Source: Podarcis muralis
Taxonomy: Eukaryota
Length of the DNA stretch: 64,000 bases
Assembly: GCF_964188315.1 (NCBI RefSeq)
Contig: NC_135655.1
Location: 132,742,001-132,806,000, forward strand
Reading direction: 5' to 3'
The notes under the pieces are model-generated. The model did not search any database and was not told where the DNA came from. It saw nothing but the letters and a program-made list of their open reading frames with translations. Of the stretch, positions 1 through 11,239 are shown one piece after another. Position numbers and translations under genes: made by a program. Each line of letters opens with the position of its first letter. Position 1 is the first letter of the stretch.

Positions 1-559
1 AGTCGCAAAGAAAAAAAAAATGTATCTCATCGCACTTCAACCTTCAGCCAACTGACGCCACTCTCTTTCCCTGGCCTAAAACAGACATGAGATGGCAAAG
101 CTGCTATCACAATTCCCTACTCCACCAGCCGTTATTTAAATGCAGCTGCAATGCATGGAGGGCTTGATAAAAGTTATCAGGGTAGTAGCACAGCACTTCG
201 CTGACCAAAAGTGCAAACCCACCAAGCTGCTATTAAGCTTTGCAGCCAGGAGGAAATGCCTGGATTTGTATTCTTCCACAGCAGGGTAGGATTCGATATG
301 GGAAACAGGGAGGGAGGTTAACAGTCCCTACCCATTCTCAAGTACAATCTGACAAAAACTAATCTCAGACCCCTCTTCATGCAAGTGAAATAAGGAAACA
401 TTTATCTTGTTAAATCCTAGACCCTGGTTAGACATTGCTTTAGGCAAAACCACAGCAACAGAACCATTCACAGTAGTCAGGAAATAAGCCTCGGACAAAA
501 TACAGAATTATTCCATACCTGTTGAATTGTATCAAACTCAGCTGATACAACAAACCTAC

Positions 560-669
560 CTAATACCTAGGCATTTCAGAAGCTCTGTAAAAGTGAATGT
601 CACCTCATCCAGGTCAATGGCTGCTGTAAAAATACAGATCCCCCACCATTCTTTCTTAAGGTGCCTCTC
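560..669 (-). CDS. RB1: RB1 exon 3 (110 bp)
   Basis: ttttctAG acceptor, GTAGGT donor; [36 protein letters not shown](S). Confidence 0.95.
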
Positions 670-3600
670 CTAGAAAAAAACAAATAGTAGTTTTCATGCT
701 CATTGTAAATCAGAAGCAGAACTGAGTAGTCAATGTTGTTTCTTAAGACAAAACTGAGCGTTTTCTTAGGAATATGCATATGCTGGTATGATTTGGCAAA
801 TGATACCAAGAAGCAAATGTCAAATGATATAAAAATAGCTGAGGTTCTCCTGCACCCCCTCAGAATCAGCGGAATTCGTTTTTAAGATAGATTTTAAGAT
901 TAGGATACTGAAACCCCATTCATGTCAATGTGAAAAAATTAAGCACATCCCAGACTCTCCCATGGACATCAATAGGAAACAGAAGCACTCTAACACTTCA
1001 GAAGGGGATTGTGTCCCATGCGTGTGGCCCAACAGGGCACACCAGAGCCCAGGTTTCCCTCCTCAGGGTACCTGTAGACACATGCACAGGACATATCTAG
1101 ACATAAAAGGTAAAGGCAAAGGTACCCCTGCCCATACGGGCCAGTCTTGACAGACTCTAGGGTTGTGCGCCCATCTCACTCTATAGGCCGGGGGCCAGCG
1201 CTGTCCGCAGACACTTCCGGGTCACGTGGCCAGCGTGACATCGCTGCTCTGGCGAGCCAGAGCTGCACACGGAAACGCCGTTTACCTTCCCGCTAGTAAG
1301 CGGTCCCTATTTATCTACTTGCACCCGGGGGTGCTTTCGAACTGCTAGGCTGGCAGGCGCTGGGACCGAGCGACTGGAGCGCATCCCGCCGTGGGGATTC
1401 GAACCGCCAACCTTTCGATCGGCAAGTCCTAGGCGCTGAGGCTTTAACCCACAGCGCCACCCGCGTCCACCATATCTAGACATGGTGAGGAACAAAAACA
1501 TTTCCCACATGCCCATACAGCTTCTCCTCTCCACCTTATTCAACAATGTGAGCTTGGAACATCTGCATGGGAACGGCAGGAGGCCTAGGATTCCCATTCC
1601 TAGACCTGCCTGGTCTGCTGAGGACCCAACTGCACACGGCAATTGGGGAGGGGAAAAGGTCTTTATGCACATGAGTGTTGTGCTTATACAGGAAAGAACT
1701 GAACCCCATTTGAATGTTACTGGTCATAAATGCCTACATTTGATTAATGCAATTTCAGAAATATCTAAGGTTCACACTAAATTTATTATTTTTTAGAAGA
1801 CCATTACATATGCATGATTTCTACCAATACTGTTTGTTCGCAAACCAACTCAACTGCATAAGATGAAATAGAAACAAAGGCAGAAAAAAATGTTCTGAGT
1901 ATAAAGAGAGGCTAGTAAAGTTTTTGGTTTAGTGTTATTGTCTCGGTCTTCATAAGTATTTTATATCTTGAGCACATTCTAAGATAAATGGTCATTAATC
2001 TGTTAAGAAACAAATCATATACTTACTACAACTCCATCCAGAGACACTTTTTCATAAGTCTTCCAAGCGGTTACTCGCACACTGTCCGTCACATGCAAAG
2101 CATCACATAGGGCAAAAAATGCTTTTTCAGCAAATGGAAGCCTAAGGAAGAAAAATGTATCAAAATCTGACTGATTTTCACCCGTCCCCTCCAATCTTTC
2201 GCTGAGACATGCTGTGGTTTGCAAACAAGCTTGTGGGGCTTCTGCTGCTGATTCCTGTGCTGGCTGATGATTTAAGGGGCTTCTAATGGTGATCTTATTT
2301 CTCAAAAATAAATGGTTCTAGCAGTAAAGCAATCCCACTTGCTTTGCCTTTCATTTCGTCTCATAATATTATTTTTGCTGGCTTGCTTGGAAGAATAAAG
2401 GTTTGCTCCCTTTATTTGGATCTGTTGCATCTTTTCCTTCTAGGAATGCAGGTTGAGCATGGGGTGCAGATGGGAAACTATGACAAAAAGGATCAGGATT
2501 TTTGCAGGGGTGGGGAGTTCCCTTCCAAAAAATGTGCCTGGGGGCCATGCTCCCCCAGCTCCACACCCCTCAACTACGCCACTGCTCCTGTACCATTTAC
2601 AGGGAAGTGTTTTCCTTTACAGAAATAAAAACATTTAAAAATTTAAATAATCATGCTATGCGGGTATGAATGTACAGAATGAGTCAACGTCCCTCACTGA
2701 CAGCTCCACCTATCACAGAAACTGTGACTTTGCAAACTGAAAGAAAAAGGTTCTCCCCAGCGAGCGGTTAGAGTGTCGGTAGGGAATAGGACTGGGAGAC
2801 CTGGGTTCAAATCCCCACTCAGCCATGAAGTTCACTGGGTGTTAGTCTTATACATTCCTACATTAAAGTCCCCCTCTGCTCTCTGTATGAACTGTTTTAC
2901 TATGGCTGGTTACAATCCTCCAAATACCACAAATTACAAAAAGAACCAAATAAATTGGCTATGCAAAGTTGTTCACAAATTTATAGAGATACAGATTTTG
3001 CCAAACTACCTCTTCTAACTGAGTAAGAGATGTTTGGTTTTTACATCTGCTAGAATGGAACTGCAGTCCCTTCTCTTCTAGGCAGCTTTCCCACTTGACT
3101 GCTTCTGTGTACTAAAGAACTTTTCTTTTGCGCACAGCATTCATGCCATCTTCTGCTAGATCCCCCATCTTGCCTACATTTGCTTTGTAATCTTGTAGGG
3201 GGGAAATGACCATAAGCTAAGTTTAAGGTGGGTTATGGATTATTCTTCATTTATCAGGATGAAGAGTATCAGGATTCTTTGGGCAATCATAAAGTTCATT
3301 CTTCAGACCACGTAGTATTGCAGCAACATCAGCACATAATGAACCAGCTTTTATCAACGGTATTCGTACTCTACACCAAAACAAGAAACACAAATTATAT
3401 ACTGCAGCCGCACTGCACTACTGCTTAGAGCTACGGTTTCAAGAGTTCCGTGGGAAGGATTAACTGTTAAACCACTACAGTTCCCAGGATGATGAGGATG
3501 AGATTTATTTATTTATTTATTTATTTATTTATTTGCCGTCCATCTGGCTGGGTTGCCCCAGCTACTCTAGATGACTTCCAACAAATGATAAAAAACCACA

Positions 3601-6600
3601 CATTAAAATCTTCCCTATACTGGGCTGCCCTCAGATGTCTTCTAAAAAGTCAGATAGTTGTTTATTTCCTTGACATCTGGTTGCAGCGTGTTCCACAAGG
3701 ACGATGCCACTACCAAGAAGGCCCTTTGCAACCTCGCTTCGCTGTAACATCACTTCTTGCAATGAGGGAACCGCCAGAAGGCCCTCGGAGCTGGTGGTGG
3801 AAATGCTCTTTCAGGTATACAGGATTCTTTGGGAGGCACCATACCTGTTTAAAGTGGTATGATACTGCTTTAAATGTACAGTGCAGATGGGCCTGCAACG
3901 GATACTGAAACCTGGGAACTATTTCTGAATGTTATCAAGTTATTGCACCGTACCAGGGCCAGATGGTTTTACAGAAGAATATTACAAAACATTTATTAAG
4001 GGATTAGCATATAATTTTTGGACGCGGGTGGCGCTGTGGGTTAAAGCCTCAGCGCCTAGGACTTGCCGATCGAAAGGTTGGCGGTTCGAATCCCCGCGGC
4101 GGGGTGCGCTCCCGTTGCTCGGTCCCAGCGCCTGCCAACCTAGCAGTTCGAAAGCACTCCCGGGTGCAAGTAGATAAATAGGGACCGCTTACTAGCGGGA
4201 AGGTAAACGGCGTTCCGTGTGCTGCGCTGGCTCGCCAGATGCAGCTTGTCACGCTGGCCACGTGACCCGGAAGTGTCTGCGGACAGCGCTGGCCCACGGC
4301 CTATAGAGTGAGATGGGCGCACAACCCTAGAGTCTGTCAAGACTGGCCCGTACAGGCAGGGGTACCTTTACCTTTACCTAGCATATAATTTGTTAGAAGA
4401 AATAAATTAAGTAATGCAATATTTCCCCCTCAAGAAGGGATTAAGTCAAACAGGTGGTAAAACAAAAAAGAACCACTATTTCTCTAGAATAGAGTATTAT
4501 TAACCTATTGCTTTCCTGAACCAATATTACAAAATATGGACCACGATTCTGATCAAAAGTTTAAATACAATTATTGGTAAATACATTAAAGAACATCAGC
4601 TGCAGTTTATTAAAATCTACAAATATCAGAACCCATTTGATTATAATTAGTTTTTGGATGCTTTGGGGGGGGGTTGGTGTGTTTTATTGGGACAACACTC
4701 TACTCAATTTGTAAAATCTTTCCATGAATAGAACAAGCAGTCATCTAAAGAAAGGTCTTGCACTGAGAGCTGCCATTAAATCTGGCTACCTTTTGAAGTA
4801 AGCGTGCAAATTCCTTGCAAACATTTGCAGATGCAATTGAGGTCTCAGTGATTCCAAAACCAAATTAGTAACGTTTGTGCAAAATGATAGCTATAGTAAA
4901 CAAACAGTACTATTGGCTCACAAGAAAAGTTCTAACCCGACAGAAATAATTCTTGAGATTTAGATTTTAAAGCTGGTTGTATGAATGACTGCTGCAACTC
5001 CAAGTGAGATTTCCAATGATTCATCAAATCCTGCTTTATGGGATTCACTTCAGTTTTTGCAGCCTTTTATTTCTGACAAGGTGCTTCTGACTATGCACCT
5101 ACCAATGTGCTGTTGCAAGCCTTGCCCTTCATGTCTGATTAAACCTAGCCAAGGGAGAATGGTAGAGATAGGTACAAGTCCTAGAGGTTATGCGCAGGAC
5201 AAGGCACGGATCCTCACACACTGGGCTGGTACCCAAGGTGGGCCGTGACAAAAATATGGCTGCCATGTTGGACTCGCCCTGAAGCACTACATGTGTTGCC
5301 TTGGGCTACAACAAGCTTTTCTGATTAGACACTAATTTTATCCATTTCCATTTGGCGGGAGAAAGGCATGAGACGTCATCCATAAGATCTGAATTTCTGG
5401 CCAACCGTACGTCCCATTTTCCTATAACTAAGCCTCTAGTGATAGAGCACGACATGGAGCAAGGACACTCTATTCATTTTCTAACCCATCTCTATGACAT
5501 TCTGGATGTCACCAGGGTCAAAAGTGTGCTGGAATGCAGATGTGTCAGCAATACAGTGGTACCTCGGGTTAAGTACTTAATTCGTTCCGGAGGTCCGTTC
5601 TTAACCTGAAACTGTTCTTAACCTGAAGCACCACTTTAGCTAATGGGGTCTCCTGCTGCTGCTGCCCCGCGATTTCTGTTCTCATCCTGAAGCCAAGTTC
5701 TTAACCCGAGGTAATATTTCTGGGTTAGCGGAGTCTATAACCTGAAGCGTATGTAACCCGAGGTACCACTGTAGTTGCCAGGATGGCAGCAGCGGCTGGG
5801 GTCCCAGGAAGAGACATCTGGAGTCTGGTGGAGGCGGAAGTGGGAGCTGGAGGGAGCAGGGATGCCAGGGGAATCCTCACCTCACTCCCTATGACAGGAC
5901 TGGGTCAGAATAAAAGTTCCTTGGCGGGCAGAGAGAGAGGGGAGATCCATTTCGGGATCTCTGTTCTCTGTTGTCCAGTTCTGGGCACCACAGTTCAAGA
6001 AGGACACTGACAAACTGGAACGTGTCCAGAGGAGGGCAACCAAAATGGTCAAAGGCCTGGAAACGATGCCTTATGAGGAACGGCTAAGGGAGCTGGGCAT
6101 GTTTAGCCTGGAGAAGAGGAGGTTAAGGGGTGATATGTTAGCCATGTTCAAATATATAAAAGGATGTCACATAGAGGAGGGAGAAAGGTTGTTTTCTGCT
6201 GCTCCAGAGAAGCGGACACGGAGCAATGGATCCAAACTACAAGAAAGAAGATTCCACCTAAACATTAGGAAGAACTTCCTGACAGTAAGAGCTGTTCGAC
6301 AGTGGAATTTGCTGCCAAGGAGTGTGGTGGAGTCTCCTTCTTTGGAGGTCTTTAAGCAGAGGCTTGACAACCATATGTCAGGAGTGCTCTGATGGCGTTT
6401 CCTGCTTGGCAGGGGGTTGGACTTGATGGCCCTTGTGGTCTCTTCCAACTCTATGATTCTATGATTCTATGGTGTCCCTGGTGCCGTTTCCTTTCTCTCT
6501 GCTTCACATCCATCGCCCTCCTTTTCAGAACATCTGCTCCGGCTGCAGGAGCGTTACGAGGGGACAGCGCTGTCCTCTCTCTCTGCCGGTGGCAGGTGAG

Positions 6601-6876
6601 GCGCCGCGAGTCCCGCCAGAGCAACGGGCGGGCGAAGGAGGGAGGCGGGCGGGCGGGCATCCTCCACGCCCCGCCCCGCGGAGACGCGAAGCTGCCCCGG
6701 ACCCTCCGGACCCCGCGCAGCCCCGCCCGGCTCCCTTCGCCACAACCGAGAGGAAACGCCGCGCCCCCGCCTCGCAGAGACCTGACCGAGGGGGACGCGC
6801 CTCACCTGTCCCGCTCCGGCGTGGCCTGGCCGGCGGGCGGCGCCTCCGTCTTCCTGGGGGTCCTGGGGGTCGCCAT
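560..6876 (-). CDS. RB1: Retinoblastoma protein, 5' part (coding exons 1-3: 6876-6806, 2141-2027, 669-560); gene continues beyond the left edge
   Basis: Spliced translation [99 protein letters not shown]. The WGICIFxAAxDLDExxFTFTEL motif is characteristic of RB1 exon 3. GT-AG junctions with phases 2, 0, 2 as in human; adjacent to ITM2B. Confidence 0.95.
1105..1468 (-). mobile_element. Sauria SINE, full length, young subfamily (RB1 intron 2)
   Basis: Pol III A box (TGGCGCTGTGG) and B box (GGTTCGAATCC), (CCTTTA)n tail; 13-bp TSD CATATCTAGACAT at 1092-1104 and 1471-1483. Confidence 0.93.
2027..2141 (-). CDS. RB1: RB1 exon 2 (115 bp)
   Basis: cttccttAG acceptor, GTAAGT donor; FxALCDAL...VRxxAWxTYEKVS resembles RB1 exon 2; phase 2 in, phase 0 out. 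Confidence 0.93.
2766..2841 (+). mobile_element. tRNA-derived SINE head (Squam3/MIR-like), degraded
   Basis: GGTTAGAGTGTCGG...GGGAGACCTGGGTTCAAATCCCCACTCAGCCATGAAG with B box. Confidence 0.6.
3501..3825 (-). mobile_element. L2-clade LINE 3' end with (TAAA)n tail
   Basis: Same 3'UTR as the copies at 37868 and 43580 (CCAGCCAGATG..., AGACATCTGA.GGCAGCCC). Confidence 0.8.
3930..4620 (+). mobile_element. Old L1 ORF2 relic, interrupted by a SINE
   Basis: [14 protein letters not shown] matches the L1 ORF2 PGPDGF motif; degraded continuation after 4391. Confidence 0.55.
4020..4378 (+). mobile_element. Sauria SINE, full length, young subfamily (RB1 intron 1)
   Basis: A and B boxes, CCTTTA tail; 13-bp TSD TAGCATATAATTT at 4005-4017 and 4379-4391. 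Confidence 0.93.
5552..5773. mobile_element. Tigger/pogo-type MITE (family A)
   Basis: TA-flanked TIRs CAGTGGTACCTCGGGTTA...TAACCCGAGGTACCACTG. Confidence 0.85.
5972..6471 (+). mobile_element. CR1 LINE 3' end, 5'-truncated
   Basis: ORF2 C-terminus [16 protein letters not shown]...[18 protein letters not shown]; (ATTCTATG)n tail. Confidence 0.93.
6806..6876 (-). CDS. RB1: RB1 exon 1, coding part (71 bp)
   Basis: ATG in strong Kozak context (gggATGG), TPRKT motif as in the human N-terminus, AG|GTGAG donor of phase 2 matching exon 2, inside a CpG island. Confidence 0.88.
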
Positions 6877-6944
6877 CCCGGGCGCCGCCACAGCCGGACC
6901 AGCCTCCCACCGGCGCCCGCGGCTCCCGCCCCTCCTTCCGGCAG

Positions 6945-6970
6945 ATTCCCGCCCCCTGCGTCACTTCCTG
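6945..6970 (-). promoter_or_regulatory. RB1 core promoter: ETS/GABP (GGAAGT) + ATF (TGACG) + E2F-like (GGCGGGAA) sites
   Basis: Minus strand reads CAGGAAGTGACGCAGGGGGCGGGAAT; GGAAGTGACG matches the known human RB1 promoter core; 70-95 bp upstream of the ATG. Confidence 0.75.
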
Positions 6971-7224
6971 GGCAGAAGGTCGCCGCCCGGGCGCTGCCGC
7001 TCGCAAAGCATGCCGGGCTGCCCCGGCCCGGGGCGGCGGCGGAGCCTCGGCAGGCGGTGGGCGCCGAGCGGGGCAGAGAGCCGGGTCCTGCGGGCCTGTG
7101 GCCAGCGCTGCTCCCGTAGAAGCGGGGCCTCGAGTGGGACGCTGCGCCAAGAGGCACTTTCTTCCTTCTGCCCCGACCCTTTTGAAGCGAGGTGGGGCCA
7201 GAACTGGGCACCAGTTTTATTCTC

Positions 7225-7736
7225 TCTCTTTTTTTTTAAAGAGATGTTTATTAAGCATTTAAAGATTACAAAAAACATAAAAAGAAAACACAATAAAAAA
7301 TTAACAAACATACATCACAGTACATCTAAAATAAAGAAAAAACATAAACAACAGCAAAAAGAAGAAAAAACATTAAAACACATCCAATATTTCATAACTT
7401 TACCTTTCATTTACTTATTTCCTCGACCTCCTCACACCTCCCTTTTTGCATTCTAGTTCAATTTACTATTTCAGCAAATTCTTTCCATCTTTCTCAATTT
7501 TTGTTCTATAATTTACCTTAACCCAATCTGACTTTAAATTTTACACTTTGGCCCATTAACAATCCATTTTTACTTTATTCTTTATAACATTTCTGCTAAA
7601 ACCATGTAACTTCATTCCAGCATCCTTCTAACATTCATTAATTTTACTATATTTTTGTAAATATACATTGAATTTTTTCCAATCTTCTTCCACTGACTCT
7701 TCTCCCTGGTCTCGGATTCTGCCAGTCATTTCTGCC
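7225..7736 (-). mobile_element. L1 3' fragment inserted in the RB1 upstream region
   Basis: Poly(T) at the left end; ORF2 end homologous to the 8415 copy; 17-bp TSD GCACCAGTTTTATTCTC at 7208-7224 and 7737-7753. Confidence 0.9.
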
Positions 7737-7894
7737 GCACCAGTTTTATTCTCAACTCCTTCATCACAAACATGGAATCTGCCTTTTTTAACAGCTGCTG
7801 CTGCTGCTGCACATCATCAAGCTATTGACCACCACTCCAAGGTCTCATTCCTGGTCCATCGCCACCAGTTCAGACACCATGACATCTGTGAAAT

Positions 7895-10681
7895 TACCAT
7901 ATTTTTCGCTCTATAGGACGCACCGGACCATAGGAGGGGGAGAACGGGGGGGGGGGATTCTCCCCCTCTCTGCTTAGCACCCCTTCAGCGAAGCAGCAGG
8001 AGAGACGGGGCCCCTTCCATTTCTCCTCCAGCTTCGCTGAAGGGGCGCTGCGCAAAGGGAAAACTGCAGCGCCTCTCCAGTGAAGCGAAGCCTGGAGAGC
8101 AAGAGGGATCGGTGTGCACTGACCCCTCTCTCTCTCTCCAGGCTTCAGGCGGCTATCCGCAAGCCTTTGGAGTGCAGCGGGAACTCCTGCTGCGCACCGA
8201 AGGCTTGCGGATAGCTGCCTGAAGCCCCCGGAACGCAGCGGGAGTTCCCACTGCACTCCGGGGGCTTCATGCAGCTTCAGCGAAAGCAACGCAAAGCCTC
8301 CGGAGCGCAGGGGAGCACTCCCTCTGCGCTTCGGAGGCTTCGCGTTGCTATCGCTGAAGCCAAGGAGCCTGCATTCGCTCCATAAGACGCAAACACATTT
8401 CCCTTTAATTTTTGTGTTTTTTTAAATAAAATATTTATTAGAGATTTTAAACATTATAATCAGCCGACACATATAAACCCATCACCAACATACAATAAAC
8501 AAAAAAAAGACATAAAAAAGAAAAAGTTAACACATAATACAAAAAACATAACCATATTTTCTTAACTTTTTGCACTTCCTCACATCTCTCGTTCCTGCGT
8601 TCCTGGTTTGTAAAATTTTAAACAGCAAATTATCACCTTGTTTCAATTCTTATTTTATATTCTTCCAATATTCTGTCTCTAATTTTGAATACTTTTATCA
8701 AAAACTTAAATACTTAATTTAGACGTAACATTACTCCAAAATTTATCTTCTTCTCTAATCTCACCTATTCTCATATCCCTTTCAGCTAGTTTGCTGGTGC
8801 CCTGTTATTTTCAATCTTGCATCCTTCCTAGCATTCGTACACTTTACAGTATTTTTGTAAGTAGTCCTTAAATTTCCTCCAATCCTCTTCCACTGCTTCT
8901 TCTCCCAGGTCTCGGATTCTGCCAGTCATTTCTGCCAGTTCCATATAGTCTATCAGCTGCATCTGCCATTCTTCCAGCATGGGTAAATCTTGGGTCTTCC
9001 AGTGTTTAGCAATGAGTATCCTTGCTGCAGTTGTTGCATACATAAGAAATGTTCGATCCTTCTTTAACACCCTCTGGTCAACAATGCCCAAAAGGAAGGC
9101 CTCTGGTTTCTTAGGAAAGGTATATTTAAATACCTTTTTCAACTCGTTATATATCATTTCCCAGAAAGCCTTAACCCTAGGGCAGGTCCACCAGAGGTGA
9201 AAGAACGTTCCTTCAGTTTCTTTACATTTCCAACATTTATTATCAGGCAGGTGATATATTTTTGCAAGCTTGACTGGGGTCATGTACCACCTATATATCA
9301 TTTTCATAATATTTTCTTTTAGGGCATTACATGCCGTGAACCTCACACCGGTGGTCCATAACCTTTCCCAGTCAGCAAACATAATATTGTACCCAATGTC
9401 CTGTGCCCATTTTATCATAGCTGACTTAACAGTTTCATCCCGAGTATTCCATTTTAACAGCAAGTTATACATTTTTGAAAGTACCTTGGTCTTAGGTTCT
9501 AACAGTTCTGTTTCTAACTTCGATTTTTCCACCTGGAATCCTATCTTTTTATCTAACTTGAAGGCCTCTTTGATCTGAGCATAATGTAGCCAATCTCGCA
9601 CTTTATCTTTTAATTTCTCCAAACTCTGCAACCTCCAAGTATCTCCATCCTTTTCTAATATTTCCCAATATTTCGGCCATTTGGCCTCCATATTGAGTCT
9701 TTTCTGGGCCTTGGCTTCCATTGGTGACAGCCACCTTGGGGTCTTATTTTCTAATAAGTCTTTGTATTTTGTCCAGACATTGAACAATGCTTTCCTGACA
9801 ATGTGGTTCTTGAAAGCCTTATGATTTTTAACCCTGTCGTACCACAAGTATGCATGCCATCCAAAAACATTATTAAATCCTTCCAAATCTAAGACATCAG
9901 TGTTTTCAAGAAGTAGCCAGTCCTTCAACCAGCAGAAAGCTGCTGATTCATAGTACACCCTTAAGTCCAGCAGGGCAAACCCCCCTCTTTCTTTAGCATC
10001 AGTTAATATTTTAAACTTAATTCTGGGCTTTTTGCCCTGCCAGACAAATTTAGAGATATCTCTCTGCCACCTCTTGAAGCACTCCACTTTATCCACAATC
10101 TGTAAGGTCTGAAATAGAAACAGCATTTTTGGCAATACATTCATCTTTATAGCAGCAATTTGGCCCAACAAGGAAAGTTTCAATCTAGACCAACCTTCTA
10201 AATCCCTTTTAATTTCAGACCAGCACTTTTCATAGTTGTCTTTAAATAGACTTAAGTTCTTGGCTGTTATGTTTACCCCTAGGTATCTCCCTTTTTAACC
10301 ACATTTAAATCTGTCTCTTTCTGAAACCTTTCTGATTCTGAAGGTGTCAAATTTTTCCCCAATACCTTAGTCTTTTGCTTGTTTAATTTAAATCCCGCCA
10401 CCCGACCAAACTCATGAATCAATTGTAGTACTCTTTTCGTACTAGATTCTGGCTCCTGTAATGTCAAAATCAGGTCATCTGCAAACGCTTTAAGTTTGTA
10501 CTGTTTGGCTCCGACCTGAATTCCTTCAACCAACCGGTCCCCTCTAATCATATTCAAGAGCACCTCCAGGACCGAAATGAACAACAAAGGGGAAATAGGG
10601 CAACCTTGTCATGTTCCTTTTTCATTTCCCCTTAATTTTTGAAGGGGGAAAGGTGCGTCTTATAGAGCGAAAAATACGGTA
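7895..10681. mobile_element. Tc1/mariner (Tc2-like) MITE split by an L1 insertion (arms 7895-8414 and 10623-10681)
   Basis: TA-flanked TIRs CC(A/G)TATTTTTCGCTCTATA...TATAGAGCGAAAAATACGG; same family as 13757 and 43285. Confidence 0.8.
8415..10622 (-). mobile_element. L1 LINE, 5'-truncated (RT domain to 3'UTR), young
   Basis: QGCPISPLLF, AFADDL and C-terminal CWKC...HLWWTC zinc knuckle; 451-aa open segment; 19-bp TSD (1 mismatch) at 8396-8414 and 10623-10641; 1-bp frameshift near 10293. Confidence 0.95.
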
Positions 10682-11239
10682 ATAGAAATGCAACCCTGAC
10701 GGTTAGGTCCAGTCGTGGACGGGGGTTGCAGTGCTCATCTCGCATTCTAAAGAATGCTTACAGATGAGCTGAGATTTAAGAAGGGCATGTATAAAAATGG
10801 AAGAAAGGGGAAATCACATGAGAAGCCAACAGTTGCAGGGTCAGCCAGGGTAAAGCTCAGAATAAGCTCAGGCTTGAAAGAGACGTTAAAAATAATAAAG
10901 GTTTCTTTGCCTGTGTTTGAAGCCAGAGGAAGAACAAGCAAGTGGTAAGCCATTTGTGTGGAGAAGACAAAGAAATGCTATTGGGTGACAGAAGGCAAAA
11001 CTCCTCAACACTTAGGACTCAGCTATACAGCTGCAAATAAAAAAACATTTTAAGTGTGTTTTAAGTGCAATATACAATGAGATGATGGCGATGATGAGCC
11101 TTATGGAAAATTCTATGTACTGTATTTTTAAGAACACTTAAAAAAAAAGCATTTTCAGAGCAGTTTTTATGTGTATGTGGATTCCACCCTACTTTGCCTC
11201 CATCTTCATCCAAAAAGAAAATAATGCCCAACCTGGTGA

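Larger units (their letters stand above)
6480..7205. promoter_or_regulatory. CpG island over the RB1 promoter and exon 1
   Basis: Abrupt GC- and CpG-rich segment in an AT-rich background. Confidence 0.85.

Noticed and set aside
670-2026. Equivalent of the imprinted retrocopy-derived CpG island in human RB1 intron 2
   Set aside because: The intron is only 1357 bp and its CpG-rich part is a Sauria SINE; no retrocopy is visible.
2766-2841. tRNA-like sequences (also about 28874-28913, 56714-56760 and all SINE heads)
   Set aside because: A/B boxes only, with no complete cloverleaf or acceptor stem; these are tRNA-derived SINE heads, not tRNA genes.
6392-7456. Several overlapping 116-354 aa ORFs on both strands over the RB1 island
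   Set aside because: Low-complexity Pro/Arg/Gly/Ala products from GC-rich, stop-poor DNA that run into the L1 tail; only the 71-bp RB1 exon 1 has splice and homology support.
8828-10183. 451-aa ORF as a possible domesticated or novel gene
   Set aside because: It is the C-terminal part of L1 ORF2, in a 5'-truncated copy with a TSD, poly(A), an upstream frameshift and a stop.
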